Source of the DNA: Pelagomonas calceolata
Lineage: Eukaryota
Reading direction: 5' to 3'
Length of the DNA stretch: 64,000 nucleotides
Assembly (NCBI GenBank): GCA_918797485.1
Contig: CAKKNE010000006.1
Span: 1,364,001-1,428,000, forward strand
Both the position numbers and the translations under genes were made by a program. Within the stretch, counting starts at the first letter, position 1. Every line of letters starts with the position of its first letter. Under the pieces are notes generated by a model, which was not told where the DNA came from, ran no database searches, and worked only from the letters and a program-made list of their open reading frames with translations. Positions 1-12,258 of this stretch are shown here, piece by piece.

Positions 1-2307
1 GTCGTCGCCGTGCAGGCCCGGCGGCGGCGCGCCCAGCGGCGACGACATCGGAGACGCCCGCGGCTGGAGGGGCGGCGAGATCGGCGACCGCGGCAGGCCC
101 GGCGGCGCCAGGTCCCGCGGTGGAGAGCGGGGCGTCTGGACCAATCGACCCGGCTCCCAGGCCGACGCGAACGCGTTGCCGCCGCCGATGGCGCGGTCGA
201 AGCCCGGCGCCTTCGATTGTTGCGGCGGCGGCGGCGGCGGGCCGTTCGAGCCCCAGGCCGGCGGCGGCTCCGGCGCGCCCCAGGCGGGCGGCGCAATCCG
301 CGGGTCCGGCTCGGGCCGGCGCGGCGGCGGCGGCGGCCCGACGGCGCCCCAGGCGGCGCCCGGCGCGCGCGCGGGCGCCGGCGGCGCACCGGGAGCGCCG
401 ACGGGCGCCGGCCGACCCGCGCCCGGCGGGCCGACAGGCGCGGGCGGGCCGGGCGCCGCGCGCGCCGGCGGCGGCGCCATTGCTGGCGGCGCGCGCGCCG
501 GCGGCGGTTCCGGCGGCGGCGCGCGGTCCGCGCCAGGAGCGCGGCCGACGGCGCCCCAGGCCGGCCCCGGCGCCTTCTGGATGATGGGCGGCTCCGGCGC
601 CGGCGCGGGCGCCGCCCACGCCTTCGGTTGCTGTGCAGGTTTCGGTGGCGGCGGCGGCGCCACAACGGGCTTCTCCGGCGGCTCCGGCGCGCGCTCGAAG
701 AGCGTGCCCTTGTCCACGGCCGCAGAAACAAAACCGGACGCGTTCGCGATGCCCGCGAAGTCGATCACCTCGAGACAGGCGGCCGCGTGCCGCTGCTTGT
801 TTGAGGGTAAAGCGCGTAGCTTGCGCACGCATCGTTCATCTAACTCAACAGCTAAGGCTCGGATGGCGACGGTGAGTTCGGGCTCGAGACACCTCCCGTG
901 TCTATCCTCCCGCAGCAAAGCTCGCACGACGTCCCGTTGTCTGAAACACCGCGCCACGAAGCCCTCCACATTGGCCACGTTGTCGACGTAGCCCGGCTCG
1001 TCGAGGCGGTGGCCGATCTTCGTTTGATCGTGTTTCGCGAGTTGCGAGAGCGCGTGGACGGTCTGCGAAGTCAGCGCGTAGCGATCGGCGACCCTACAAA
1101 GCGCCGGCTCGAGCGTCTTCAGCTCCTTCGCCAGCGCCGCGAAGTTGTCGCGCTTTTTGGTGGCGCTGAGTACGAGCGCACTCCAATTCTGGAACCCGTC
1201 CGCGGATCGGCCCTTCTCGAGGCGCCGTACGAGCCGGACCTGCTCCAGCGGCGGTAGCGCTCTGAGAGCAGCACAGGCCGACGCGTCCACACCATGTGAA
1301 GAGACAAACGCGTCCGTCCGCCGCCGCGCGACGTGCACTGACGGGACTGGATCAAACGCCGACGACGACGCCGAGGCCTCCTCCTGCCGCGCCGAACGCT
1401 GCTTCGGCTGCGAACTCACGGACTGGAACTCGGGCTCGGCGCGCTGGCCGAGAGCCGCGGCATCTTCGGCCATGAGGCGCCGCGCCAGCGCCAGCGACGC
1501 CTCCTCGGACTGGGCCTGGGCCACTCGACGTCGTTCGGCCTCCTCCCGTTCTCTCTGGAGCAACAATTCCCGCTCCGCTTGCGCTTGGGCCTGCAGCCGC
1601 CGCTGTTCCGCCAAAAACGCCTCTCTCCGTTCCGCCTCGTGGTCGATGCGCGGCGCGCCGATGGCGCCGATGGGCCGCCGCGCCGACGTGGGGTCGTAGA
1701 CCGGATCGCTCCCGAGGGGCGGCTCGGTCTTGGCGCCCGCAGCGACTAAGGACCACGGAGAATTCAAAGGCTTCGGCGTCACGCTCTTGGGTATGGCCTC
1801 GATGTAGAAGAAGGACTTGTCGCCCTTGGGGATGTGCCTTCGCAAGCCGTATTTTTCCAGTAAATCATCATTCAACCAGGAGACGCCTTTCTTCCGCGGC
1901 AGGGACTTGTGCTGGATGTAGAATTGATCGATCTCGCCGGACCGCATGCGCTTGTCGTTCCGCGACAGGATCCACGCCGCCAGCGCCGTGCAGATGGTCT
2001 GCTCGTCTGATGACTGTCGGCCGTCGGGCACTAATTCTACGACCCACCCGTCCGGAGGTTGCCTATCTTCAAACCTCATGCCGTACGACGCCGCCTGCTG
2101 CTGGATGTGCCTCTTTAAAGGTCTCGGGTGGTGGACGTCGTCGGGCAACTGCTTGAAAAAGTCGTCACTCCGGGAGCCTAGTAGAGGGCCGTGGCGCCGG
2201 ACGTGGTCGCGGAGCTGGCTCATGAAGGCGTGGCTGTCGCCGTGGCCGTTCTTCTGCTTCGTCGGCGTCGTGTTGGCGCGCCGCCCCTGGGCGCGGCCGT
2301 TGAGCAT
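1..2307 (-). CDS. Partial (3' end outside window) putative RNA-binding protein: LOTUS/OST-HTH-like N-terminal domains, coiled coil, hnRNP-Q acidic (NURR)-like helical repeats, Pro-rich tail with AWG repeats
   Basis: Manual translation: ATG at 2307 with no stop to base 1 (absent from the ORF track). Segments RRRTDAFVSSHGVDASACAALRALPPLEQVRLVRRLEK and LDEPGYVDNVANVEGFVARCF align with the gene at 40954-43196. Confidence 0.8.
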   Translation of the reverse strand, partial: MLNGRAQGRRANTTPTKQKNGHGDSHAFMSQLRDHVRRHGPLLGSRSDDFFKQLPDDVHHPRPLKRHIQQQAASYGMRFEDRQPPDGWVVELVPDGRQSSDEQTICTALAAWILSRNDKRMRSGEIDQFYIQHKSLPRKKGVSWLNDDLLEKYGLRRHIPKGDKSFFYIEAIPKSVTPKPLNSPWSLVAAGAKTEPPLGSDPVYDPTSARRPIGAIGAPRIDHEAERREAFLAEQRRLQAQAQAERELLLQREREEAERRRVAQAQSEEASLALARRLMAEDAAALGQRAEPEFQSVSSQPKQRSARQEEASASSSAFDPVPSVHVARRRTDAFVSSHGVDASACAALRALPPLEQVRLVRRLEKGRSADGFQNWSALVLSATKKRDNFAALAKELKTLEPALCRVADRYALTSQTVHALSQLAKHDQTKIGHRLDEPGYVDNVANVEGFVARCFRQRDVVRALLREDRHGRCLEPELTVAIRALAVELDERCVRKLRALPSNKQRHAAACLEVIDFAGIANASGFVSAAVDKGTLFERAPEPPEKPVVAPPPPPKPAQQPKAWAAPAPAPEPPIIQKAPGPAWGAVGRAPGADRAPPPEPPPARAPPAMAPPPARAAPGPPAPVGPPGAGRPAPVGAPGAPPAPARAPGAAWGAVGPPPPPRRPEPDPRIAPPAWGAPEPPPAWGSNGPPPPPPQQSKAPGFDRAIGGGNAFASAWEPGRLVQTPRSPPRDLAPPGLPRSPISPPLQPRASPMSSPLGAPPPGLHGDD

Positions 2308-2817
2308 CTTTGTTTAGGGCGCCGGCCGGCTGCGATGTCGGCCCAGCAAGCAAGGTGTGGGCGACCCCGGGAGCGCTGGCCGTCCAGCAGTGTCGTGCCG
2401 CGTCTCGGCGGCTGCTCGTGGCAGTGAAACGGTCGCTGACCAGGACAGCTTGGCCAGCCGCTGGGCCAATTAAGCCCAGGACTCTAAGCGAGCCCCGAGG
2501 AGCCACAAAACCCGAAATTTGGCGCAGAAGCAGCCTTGGTCGTTTCGAAACGATGACTCGTCGCTTCTGCCGACGCCTTCACCGCGGGACGGGTCAGCCA
2601 CCATTGGCCAAAAGCCCAGCATTTTGGTTTTTGGCAAGCAGCCTGTGGTAAAAGAGGCACCGTGCATCGACCGCTGAAGCTCGAGAGCTGCTTTCACGCA
2701 CAGCATAGCTCGCGCAACCGTTCTACGTAAGCTTGCGCACGCGCAACAGACACAGCGGACACACACTGCTGACTCCCTGCAGCAGAAGGATTCATTACGC
2801 GCTAATACAGCGGTGCG

Positions 2818-3612
2818 ATGGTCGCGCGCACCTGGCTCGTGCCCTACACGGACGCGGAACGAGGCCGCCAGCAACTGCTCGCGACGATTTATCTAACTCA
2901 TAACAACGTGACCGGCCAGCTCCAGTTAGACGTGCGGGCGGACTCGAAAGTTGTGGTAGATGGGGGCCGCGCGCGCGTCGTCGTCGGCAAGGGCCACACG
3001 ATCCCGTTCTCGGTCGGGAGTAACGTCGGGCGGTGTTCCGTCCATCCGAAGACGACAGGGTTTGATTATTCGTGCACGTTCGGCGGCGAGCAGGTCGCCG
3101 AGGTCCAGCGACGGCCCGTCGCGTGGCTGGAGGCCTTCCAGCCCACGGCTGTTTCCGTCAGTGTGCAGGATCGCGTCGAGTTCCGAGCGGGAAAAAATTA
3201 TTATCAACTGGCGGTCCAAGCGGACGGCGGCGAGCCGAAATTGTACCGGAAGCGCTATTCCGAATTTGCGGAAGTTCATGACAAGATGAAGCAGGCGTAC
3301 GTCGGGTCGCATCTGCGGGCGTCGCTACCCGCGCCTCCGGCAAAAATCTTAAATCCGTTCTTCGACCAGCTCGAGCCGACCTTCGTCCAAAATAGACAAG
3401 TAGAGCTCAACGACTACGTCAAGAAGATCATCACGGTGCCGCGGGCGCTCGCGCAGCCGGCTTTGCTGGATTTTCTGGGCCTCGCGCTGCGGGCCCCTTC
3501 TGGGGAGCCCGTCGATTTGCTCGCGCCGCCGCCGGTGGACCTGCTCAATGCGCCGCTCGACGCGCCTCCCATGCCGCCGCCGCAGCCGGTCTTCGAGGAG
3601 GCCGTCGTGTAA
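2818..3612 (+). CDS. PX (phox homology) domain protein
   Basis: YRKRYSEFAEVHDKMK...LPAPPAK...FVQNRQVELNDYVKKI...LLDFL is the PX consensus. Confidence 0.85.
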   Translation: MVARTWLVPYTDAERGRQQLLATIYLTHNNVTGQLQLDVRADSKVVVDGGRARVVVGKGHTIPFSVGSNVGRCSVHPKTTGFDYSCTFGGEQVAEVQRRPVAWLEAFQPTAVSVSVQDRVEFRAGKNYYQLAVQADGGEPKLYRKRYSEFAEVHDKMKQAYVGSHLRASLPAPPAKILNPFFDQLEPTFVQNRQVELNDYVKKIITVPRALAQPALLDFLGLALRAPSGEPVDLLAPPPVDLLNAPLDAPPMPPPQPVFEEAVV

Positions 3613-3641
3613 CAGTGGGTCTTTCTGTAGTTGTTTCCTTC

Positions 3642-3815
3642 TTACCCGGCCTCGCATTCGCGGAGGACTACTCGCGCGCTTCGCAGGGATATCTCAACGC
3701 CCGACGTGATCGGATGCGCGCTGCCGAACACGAGTCGCGCGATCCGCGCCGTCTCCTCGAGCGTCGTCACGGCCTCGCGGAGATCGTCGAGAGTCGCGCC
3801 GTCGTCAACATAGGC
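3642..3815 (-). pseudogene. C-terminal fragment of the MYND/RING/TPR family represented by 29840-30958
   Basis: DDGATLDDLREAVTTLEETARIARLVFGSAHPIT matches DNRATLDDLREAVSTLEDAERTARQVLGGVHPTT. No corresponding N-terminal part lies upstream. Confidence 0.7.
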
Positions 3816-4014
3816 GGCGAAACCGTTCGACGGCGTCGCGGCGCTGCCCATCGGCGAGGCGACGGCGCGCGGCGTCTCCGAGGGCGTCCTGGCCCACGAC
3901 GCGCACAACTCGTACCACTACGCGGACGCCGGGCGCTTATATGAATTGGAGATGCTGCTGAACGCGTTCGCGATCGCCTCGCGGCGGCAACCGTAATTTA
4001 ATACACACGTCACA

Positions 4015-4662
4015 TTAGCTCCCCCAAAAACTTTGGTAGCGCCCGTTACTGGACTTCTCCAGACCCTCGAAGAAATGGTGGTCGCCCCTCCATTCGCGCT
4101 CGTCGCCCTCGGCGATGGCGTCGAAAAGGCTCCTCACCGTCCATCCGCCCGCCGGAGCGCGGAACACCCTGCTCACCTTCGGCTCGGCTCGTTTAAAATT
4201 TTCGTAGCTCTCAAAAACTATCTCCGAGTCAACGCCAGATACGAGTATGTCATCGAGGTCCCCCCGGCCGTACTCATACCAACCTATGTCCATCCTATAA
4301 TTGATTTCCGAATAATCATCGATACTGCCCGAGAACGTGTTGAACGTCTCGAGCGACATGCGCATGAACTTGTAATTCGTCTTCGGGACCCAAGCGTTAC
4401 TATGCTTATTGCCGCCAGCGCGATAAGCCTGTTCGGACCAGCGCCGCGAATTTGTCGTTGGGGGGTCCGCGGTCGCCGCTGCCTTCCAGCAGTGCGACAC
4501 GGCCGCCGGGAAACAGTCGCAGAACTCGAGGTAGTCGAGGATTTGCGGGACGATGTCCGCCGAGTCCACCACCCGCACGCTCTGGCGGCACTCGGTCGCG
4601 CACGCCGCGCCGCGCCGCGTCACGACGCAACCCGCTATCGCCGCGAGCGCGTCCACGTCCAT
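4015..4662 (-). CDS. Hypothetical protein with an F-box-like segment
   Basis: Start taken at MDVDAL (4662). ADIVPQILDYLEFCDCFPAAVSHCWKAA resembles an F-box motif. Confidence 0.6.
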   Translation of the reverse strand: MDVDALAAIAGCVVTRRGAACATECRQSVRVVDSADIVPQILDYLEFCDCFPAAVSHCWKAAATADPPTTNSRRWSEQAYRAGGNKHSNAWVPKTNYKFMRMSLETFNTFSGSIDDYSEINYRMDIGWYEYGRGDLDDILVSGVDSEIVFESYENFKRAEPKVSRVFRAPAGGWTVRSLFDAIAEGDEREWRGDHHFFEGLEKSSNGRYQSFWGS

Positions 4663-4840
4663 CACTGAACTCCTTTCCGGCGCTCTGGGCAGCGCCCCCC
4701 AGCTGAGGGGTACTTTGTCGCGCGTTTTTTGAGCCCAAGGCCCAGCTGCAGGATGCGTGCGCCCACTGCGCGTGCCAAACCACTCCGATGGCCGCCTGGA
4801 AACGCGCAGGGGCTGCCTAAGCTCAGCGCCAGCATCGGAT

Positions 4841-4901
4841 CTAGCGGCCTGTAACACACTAGGAAGCAGACTTAGTGGGCTAGCGGCCTGTAAGACACTA
4901 G
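4841..4901 (-). promoter_or_regulatory. Two copies of the CTAG...CTAG intergenic motif (4841-4862, 4880-4901)
   Basis: CTAGCGGCCTGTAACACACTAG and CTAGCGGCCTGTAAGACACTAG lie between divergent genes. The motif is seen directly; its function is inferred. Confidence 0.6.
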
Positions 4902-5044
4902 CATGCAGACTGGGTTTTTGTCAGCCTCTTGTCAGCCGCATACTTGCTCTCGTGGTGGGGGAAGCTCGCGTTACATCCCTTTGCACTGCGCGTGGCCGCG
5001 CCGGCAACCAAAAACACTCATTCTCCGCAGCCGAGACAGCACCA

Positions 5045-6451
5045 ATGGAGGTCACACTCGCCTGGCCGACCGCCCCCGGCGGCGCCGCGACACGTCTCAC
5101 CGAGGACGACTTCGACTGGAAAGCGGCCGACCGGGCAACATTAACAAAACCGCTCGCGCTGGTCGCCACCGACGCCGACTGCACGCTGGCCATCGCGGGC
5201 GCCCACGTCGTCAGCACCGCCCTCGTCTCGAACGCGCGCAGCGTCGAGGTGTCGGGGGGCTCAACACCTGCAACGACGACGTACAAGGGCACGGTCCGCG
5301 GCGACCAGCAGAAGCAGCCGCACCGCTTCCGGGCAGAGCTGAAGGCGCTCGACGCGCCATTTGTAACGCTTAAGCTCCTATCGAGGAAAGGTGACGCGCG
5401 GACGCTCTCCATCGATTCTCTAGAGATCGTCGTCGACGCCGCCAGGACGCCGGAGGCAGCGCCGCCGCCTCCTCCGGCGCGCGCCGCGGCCACCGCCGCG
5501 TCGGCGTCGTCATCGTCCCACCAGAAGACGCTCCTCGCCGGCGCGGCGCTGCTCGACGCCGCCGAGCGGCGCCTGACGGCCCACGTCGACGCGGCCTGCG
5601 CGCGCGTGCAGCGCCACCTCGGCGCCAAGCTCGACGCGCAGGGCGCGGCGCTGGCGCGGCTCGAGGCCGCCGTGGCGCGGCTCGGGACGAGGCCTGCCGC
5701 CGCCCGGTCTGAGGCCGCCGTTGCGGCCCCGCGGGCAGCCGTCATCCCGCGCGCCGGGGAGGACGATGCCGTCGGCGCGGCGCTGAAGAAGACGACGGTG
5801 CGCTGCGGCGACCACGCGATGATGCTGTTTCTCCGCGCGGCGGACGCTACATTAGCGCCGCCGGCGAACGGCGCGGACGCCGACGGCACAGGTCTAGAAT
5901 TATGGGGCGGCGGGCGCTACCTGGCCAACTTCCTGACGATCCGGCCCGGCGTCGTCAGGGGATGCAGGGTCCTGGAGCTCGGTGCTGGCGCAGGGCTCCC
6001 GGGCCTCGTCGCGGCGCGCTGCGGCGCCGCCGAGGTGCTACTCACCGACGGCGACGCGCGCGCCGTCCGGCTGCTCGAGAAAAATATTGCCGCGAACCCG
6101 TCGTCGGAGTGTCCCGTCGAGGCGGCGGCCCTGGCGTACGGCGCGGCTCCTCCGCCGCCGTCGGAATCCAACCTGCCGACGGTCGTGCTCGCCGCCGACG
6201 CGCTGTATGTGAGCAAGCACTGCGCGCCCTTCGGGGACACGCTGAACGCGGCACTTCAAACACCGAAGGACGTGTGCTACCTCGCGCACGAGCCGCGGCG
6301 CGCCTGGTCCATGAAGGACGGCTCCCCCGTCCAGGACGCGACGGACGATGTATTAGATGCGTTCCTCGACCTCTGCTGCGACCTGGACGTGTCCGAAGTC
6401 GGAAAAACGGGCAATGTGCAGCTCTACCGCATCGCGCGACCATGTATGTGA
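5045..6451 (+). CDS. METTL21/Methyltransf_16-like protein methyltransferase with an N-terminal extension
   Basis: TGLELWGG, VLELGAGAGLPG, LLTDGD and VVLAADALY motifs. Start taken at MEVTLAW. Confidence 0.85.
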   Translation: MEVTLAWPTAPGGAATRLTEDDFDWKAADRATLTKPLALVATDADCTLAIAGAHVVSTALVSNARSVEVSGGSTPATTTYKGTVRGDQQKQPHRFRAELKALDAPFVTLKLLSRKGDARTLSIDSLEIVVDAARTPEAAPPPPPARAAATAASASSSSHQKTLLAGAALLDAAERRLTAHVDAACARVQRHLGAKLDAQGAALARLEAAVARLGTRPAAARSEAAVAAPRAAVIPRAGEDDAVGAALKKTTVRCGDHAMMLFLRAADATLAPPANGADADGTGLELWGGGRYLANFLTIRPGVVRGCRVLELGAGAGLPGLVAARCGAAEVLLTDGDARAVRLLEKNIAANPSSECPVEAAALAYGAAPPPPSESNLPTVVLAADALYVSKHCAPFGDTLNAALQTPKDVCYLAHEPRRAWSMKDGSPVQDATDDVLDAFLDLCCDLDVSEVGKTGNVQLYRIARPCM

Positions 6452-6517
6452 TAAATATTAGTCCTATATTCGTGATCGTCCTCCGCGCCCCGGCGTGTCC
6501 ACGGTTCCACGCCCAAA

Positions 6518-9500
6518 TTAGTTCATCGTCCCCTTGCAGTTCGGCGCGCCGCAGTAGCACGGTATTTTATCATCTTCGATGGGAAACTTGTAGTCGTACA
6601 TGACCTCCTCGCCCGCCTTGATGTCTTTCAAGGCTATTATAACGATCTTCCGCGTGTGCGGGCCTATTTCCACGGTCTTCGCATACGCATTCGGACTACA
6701 ACAGTGGTTGATGAACCTCCCGATGTGACCTCGCCGCGTCGCGTCGACAATGCAGTCCTCGTCCAACCGAAACAAATAACAACTCCCAACCCCGGCCTTG
6801 TCGTAGTACTCCTCCCGCTTGTCGCCCATGTTATTCCGAATGACCTGGCCGACGTACTCAATGATGAAATCGTCCTTACTAACGTCGACTTTTGTATAGA
6901 GGCCCCAGCCGTGGATATGACTGCGACGCACGGCCAGTCGCTCAAGCACGGGCACGGCTCGCAACTCGCGGTACTTCTGGGCCGCCCATTCCTTCGAACC
7001 CTCCTTAACTTCTTCTATGTACCCTTTTCTCGACTTGACGACCGCATTATTTAAGCGAGCTTGGCGCTCTTCCCGCAGCCTTCCAGCCTCTAACGCTTCG
7101 GCCTTTTCCTGTTCTAAATCCTCCTCGGCTTGGGCTAGTGCGCGCGTGATCCTCGAGCGTCTAGCAATGTCGTCGATCGCGTCGCGAGGCTCGGATCGCG
7201 CCGAACCGGAAATGGCCGGCTTGACCTGCGCATCTCTGATCGCGGCCTGCCGTTGAGCCAGTAGAATATCGTGGGGCGTCGGTCTGACATAACAGAAGCG
7301 ATACGAGATAATTCTTCTACTATTTTTACCCCGTTCCTGGGCCTCTAACTGATGGAGGTTCTTCCGATCCGATAAGGGCATCAATTCAGCTTCTAAAGCA
7401 TAAGATGTCACTCTAGGCATCGTTTCTATCCTAGCACGTACAGCTGGCAACGAGAACCCGAAGAAACCAGAACCGTCGTCACAGAGCCCGTAAGGAGGCG
7501 CCTTCCGCCGGAAGCGATGCCGCCCGCCTTTGACGCGGTCCTTCCACATACTTTGCTCCTTCAAATTCCTAACACGTCGTAAAACTTCCCCGACGGCCTC
7601 ACCAACAGTGTCGCCCACACATGGGATCGTGGGCGCGTCGACGGCTTGAATAATGAACTGCGCCTTGTACTGTAACTTTCTTCCCACAGTAACGGGAGCG
7701 GCAGCAACCCGACACATGTACAGTGTTCGGCAATTGTTACGCGTAAAGGAGTAGAAAATTCTACAAGCCCGGTAGTTCAACGGGAAGATCCTGTCTGAGG
7801 TATGGAAGCCGACGTAGCCGGCCGGAGCAGCTTCGCCCAACCGAAAGATAGAGAGAGCACCTATTCTAAATTGAGGATGCAAGGCTAACGACATGCGCGT
7901 CCGGTCCTCGAGCCACTGCGCCCGGGCCTGCACCGCCGCACTCTCCACGGGAAGCTTCGGCTCTTCCTTCTTCTTCTTGCCGCGCGTCTTCTTCTTCTTC
8001 GGCTCGTCGAGCACGTCGTCCAAATCGTAGGTCTTCTTCTTGACCTGGCGCTTGCCTCGGCCGGTGCCGCCTTCCGGTATTTTACCTTTCCTCGACTTCT
8101 TCGCGCGCTCCCTAGCCTTCTCCCTTTCTCGCTCTCGTTCTTTCGCTTCCTGCTCCTCCCGGATCAGGTCATCTTTCCGCGCCTTCATTTCCGCTTCGTA
8201 GGCCTCCTGCGACGACATGGCCGCCTTTTCCCCTTTTTTTCGTTTCCCGTCGAAGTTGGAGGCCACTCGGATGGCGCCGGCGACGTCTCCCAGATACGTA
8301 GCTAGCGGCGTCTGCAAATGATCGGGAGGCGCTTCGATCTCCGGTAGGAGAGGAACACCGGGAGGTGGTAACTCCGACACTTCCGCGAAGACCTCCAGTC
8401 CGTTGCCTGAACAGGTATGGCGACCACCGTCACCGGCGTATCTCAGAATGACGCCCCGTCCTTCTAAGCTTTCATCAACAACAACGGTCGCGCGCGAGCC
8501 TACTCTACGAGTAGCGGGGTCGCCGTCCGTATCGGCTGTTACGATGACCTCCGACCCGGCGCGGATCCCCTTGAGCTGGGCCTGGGCTTTCCGAACGGCG
8601 ATGGCGGCTTCCGTGGCATTTTTTAACAATGTAGCGTTCTTCTTCTCGCGTCGCGCTTGCGCTCTGGCGCCTGAGGCGCAATCCGAACAGAAGACGTGCG
8701 AGCCGCCGACACAAACAGCACCGGCATGAGCACCACACCGAAAATGGAAGTTCCGCTTACAATTCGTCGAGCAGCAGCCCATCGTCGCGCCCGGTTTGTG
8801 GCAGTGCGTGCATTTCAGGTTTCGGGATCGTCGCGTCGCGTCCTGGACGTGTCTGAAGAGTCGAGTGTGTTCGTAGACCTCAGAAGACCATAAAGCACAG
8901 TTCGCGTGGACCCAGTAGTCCAAGACTAAGCCTGTTGGCTTGATCGTGTTCGACTCCTCGACTTTTTTCAGTTCTCGGTCTCGCACCGGTACTAGCCTTC
9001 CCGCGAACGCACAATCACCGTTTCTCTTACAGAGCTCACATATTCTATAGTCCTCTGATTTATATTTTGAGAGGCAGATCTCTCTCAAATCGTCGGTGCC
9101 GAACAATTGTCTATCACTCACACCATTCGCGGGTCTCGGGATGGGCACTCGTACCTCGTCCGGCCGTCGAGCTCGTCTCAGTTTCCGTTGTTTCTGGACA
9201 TCTGAGACTTTGCAGGCGGCCGTGTAGGCGAACTCGCCCTCGCCTAAGTGCGACTCGAACATACCGTTCGCGGGATCAGATCGACACCTCGGGCAGGCCG
9301 GAGGCGAGCCTTCCTCCAAGTAACCGAGGTACTGTTCCGCGCATTCGCCGTGGTAGCCCTGGCCGCAGAAGCCGCACGCGACGGGGTCCCGACCGCGTAA
9401 ATAGCCCTGGGACGACCTTCTATACCTCGACATAAGACAATCGCCTCGAGCCCCACAATTGCCATGCAAAGGCATCCGCTGGTAGTACTGCACCGACCCC

Positions 9501-12000
9501 TGTTTCTGTGATTTCATGCAATCCGAACAGGCGTCCCGTCTCGTACTATAAGTCGGCTTCGAGGGGTCTGGGGACGTGTGTCTGCCACAAAATTGGCACT
9601 CGACGCACAAGTCGCAAAAGAACTTGCCCGGCGGCGGGGCCGTGAGCGGCGGATCCAAACAATGCAAGTGATAAGCCTTGTCGCAGCCGTCACAATACAC
9701 TAATGAAGCTTCGTCGTTGTCCTCACAGACGCCACAAGCCTCACAGAGTTTGCAGTTCGGGCAGCGCCACGTCGCCAGGGCCCAGTTCGGGAGGTTCGGC
9801 GGACACGCCGCGCAGGCGCCGTGGTAGGCCTCGCCGCAGTCGCAGCAAAACACGAACGCGCCCGCCCGTCGGTCGTCCCCCGGCAGGATGGTCGATTCTG
9901 ACGAACCGCAGATGAGACATAAATCACGCCACGCTAACGAGCGAGCATTGGCCTCCGTGATGAAGGAGATTTCCGTCGTCGGTACGCAGGGCAAGGCATC
10001 CCGACACACATACCTTTCTAGTTTGAGGACCTTGCCTACGGCTGAACCCGCGATCCTATCTTTCAGTACGGTATTCGCCTTATGTCGCTTGATCGTAGCT
10101 TGCACCTTATCGTAGTGGGCCTTCTTCTCTTGGACTTTGAGACCCGAGGCGGATAGCACCGAAGTACAGTGCTCTATCTCCTGGTCGTCTCGGACCTCGT
10201 ACGTTACGAGCTCCTCGAACATTTGGGACACCTCGGCGAAGAAGCGCGCGGCCTCCTTCCAGATCTTGTCGCCTGTGTGTTGTTCAATGATCATTCGCGG
10301 GCCGCGGCGACGCTCTCGTGGTCGCGGTGGTCGCGTGACGACGGCCTCATCGGCGCCGCGGCGGCGTGTTCTCACGCCATCGACGCGACCACGTCGACGG
10401 CGGTCTCGCGAGGACGCCATCGATCAAGTTCAAGGTCGTTCACGAGACACCGCCACAAACCGGCCCGATTAAACCTAATAGCGTTCAGGCACATCAATTC
10501 AAAGTCGTCGCGCACCGCTTGAGTAGAGCGGTACTGCCCTTCGCGAGCTTTGGCATGCATCGTAGATAAATCCATGGGTGTTCTCACGACCTCCCGGTAC
10601 GTAGGAGCAATCGTATCATCCACAGGAATCGCAAATAATCCTAACTTGTCGCAGGCCTTCATTTTGTTGACGAGAGTAACGGTCTTCCGAATAGCGCACC
10701 CACCCGCACACAGGAACTGCCGCCCGAGGACCGGGTGCGTCTTCCCCCTAATCGTAAGGTACTCTTCTTGACCAATCCCTTCACAACCCGCATGCGTAAA
10801 CAGTTTGCAATTAGTACATTTAATCAACAGGTCCGCCTCCGTATCCTGTATGATTAATCCGCAACTAGGACAGTACTTTCCCGCCTTGTAGTCGATACCA
10901 CAATCTTTACACAGGTCCGAATCGCCGCGCCCATCCAACTTGTGCTTGCTAATTTTATTGAAGGTACCACATTGCCTTTGCGTCTTGCTACAGGACGCAC
11001 ACCGCAGACAGTCCGCGCACCGCCACTGGTGGCCGTTCTTTTGGGTCAGAGGTGGCCTTAGGATCTCGGGACCGCCCCAGCAGTGCAAGTGGTAGGCCTT
11101 GTCACACGTCACGCAGACGGCCGCATTGCTATGTAGATCCAGGTCCAAGCCGCCGCATTTCGCGCACGGCTTTTCAGTAGGCGCCGGTCGCTTCAGCGAC
11201 GAAGTAGTGACGATGACGTCATAGCCCGGGTCCGCAACGCTCAATTGAGCCACATCTACGGGTCCAGCAGCATCTGCTGCCGACCACCGATGGATCGGGA
11301 TATCGGTAGGCACGGACTTGCCCACCCTCCAATCTTCCCTCGTTTGTTTGGCTAGGTCGACCTCTAGATCCGCCTCATCTAAGGCAGCTCGTAGCTCCGC
11401 AGCCTTCCGCCCTTTCTGTTTCAGGATCGTGCCCAATCCAGCATGACTGCGATCCCCAGAGATGTACGGCTTGACCATCACCTTCTGAGTAGTAGCAACT
11501 TTCTTCTTCTTCTTCGGCTGCTCGGCGTAGTCCTCATCCGATAATACGGGAACTAAGCCTTGCTCCTCGGTGCCGAAATAGATGATGAACATCTTGTTCG
11601 GTGTTCGTCTATTCCACATGCGCATCGTGCCCGCGTCCTCGAGCGCCTGGCAGCACTCCCACTCCATGCAGGGCCACGGCGAATGGCCCGGCATCTTCAC
11701 GACGTAGCAGCCCCTTCCGATCATGTAGAGCTCGTTGCTATCTAGTAAATTGACTTCGTGGACTTCGCCGTCGTCGTACAGTACAATATGTAGTCGTTTT
11801 TCGTGGTCGAACGTCAGGATGCGCGCGAAATACCAGGCGTTGTCCCCCGCCCAGTAGTGTCGTAATCGGCACCCGACGAAATCGTCGCCATCGATTCTCT
11901 TCTCGAAGTCGAGGACCTCTTGCATCTTCGACGGTGGTTCCTCGTCGGCTAATGCCGCAGCTATTGCGGCGTCGTCGGCCGTGTCCGGTTCCGTCGCCAT
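6518..12000 (-). CDS. Trithorax/MLL-like histone H3K4 methyltransferase (Tudor/PWWP-like, PHD fingers, bromodomain, ePHD, FYR-like, SET, post-SET); exons 12000-10461 and 10272-6518, ~1764 aa
   Basis: SET motifs RRSHIHGWGL, RFINHCCSPN, GEEVMYDY and post-SET CYCGAPNC. Removing GT..AG intron 10273-10460 restores the bromodomain end (NAIRFNRAG-DKIWKEA) in frame. Confidence 0.9.
10273..10460 (-). mobile_element. Spliceosomal intron (188 bp), degenerate introner-like
   Basis: GTTTGT...ACACACAG, frame-restoring. Contains the CGCCATCGACGCGAC internal motif shared with the other introners. No clear TSD. Confidence 0.6.
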
Positions 12001-12237
12001 GGCGTCGGCGGTTCGTCCGCGCTGCGGCGAGCTTTTTTGATCGCAGGCGCGCGCGCGTCCGGACGCGCGCCGCGCGGCGAGCAATCCTGGTCCTGTGGTT
12101 CGGGTGCGCGTCGACGCTGCGGCGGCCGGCCCGCTTGCGCGCAAATAAGAATGAACGCTTTTTAGCGCTGCGCAACGCTTGCCAGCTGCAATTCCCGCTT
12201 GACTCGCGGGCGCGGCTCTGCGGCTCAAAATGAATTC

Positions 12238-12258
12238 CTAGTGTCCACATGCCGCTAG
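12238..12258 (+). promoter_or_regulatory. CTAG...CTAG intergenic motif
   Basis: CTAGTGTCCACATGCCGCTAG between divergent genes. Confidence 0.55.

Noticed and set aside
10..2317. Plus-strand ORFs 10-804, 176-991, 1145-1699 and 1946-2317
   Set aside because: Antisense shadows of the continuous minus-strand gene starting at 2307.
4757..5044. Upstream extensions of ORF-track starts (also 16539, 23609, 38849, 40759, 45744, 50426, 53623)
   Set aside because: They use non-ATG or far-upstream starts running through promoter DNA. Downstream ATGs with plausible N-termini were preferred.
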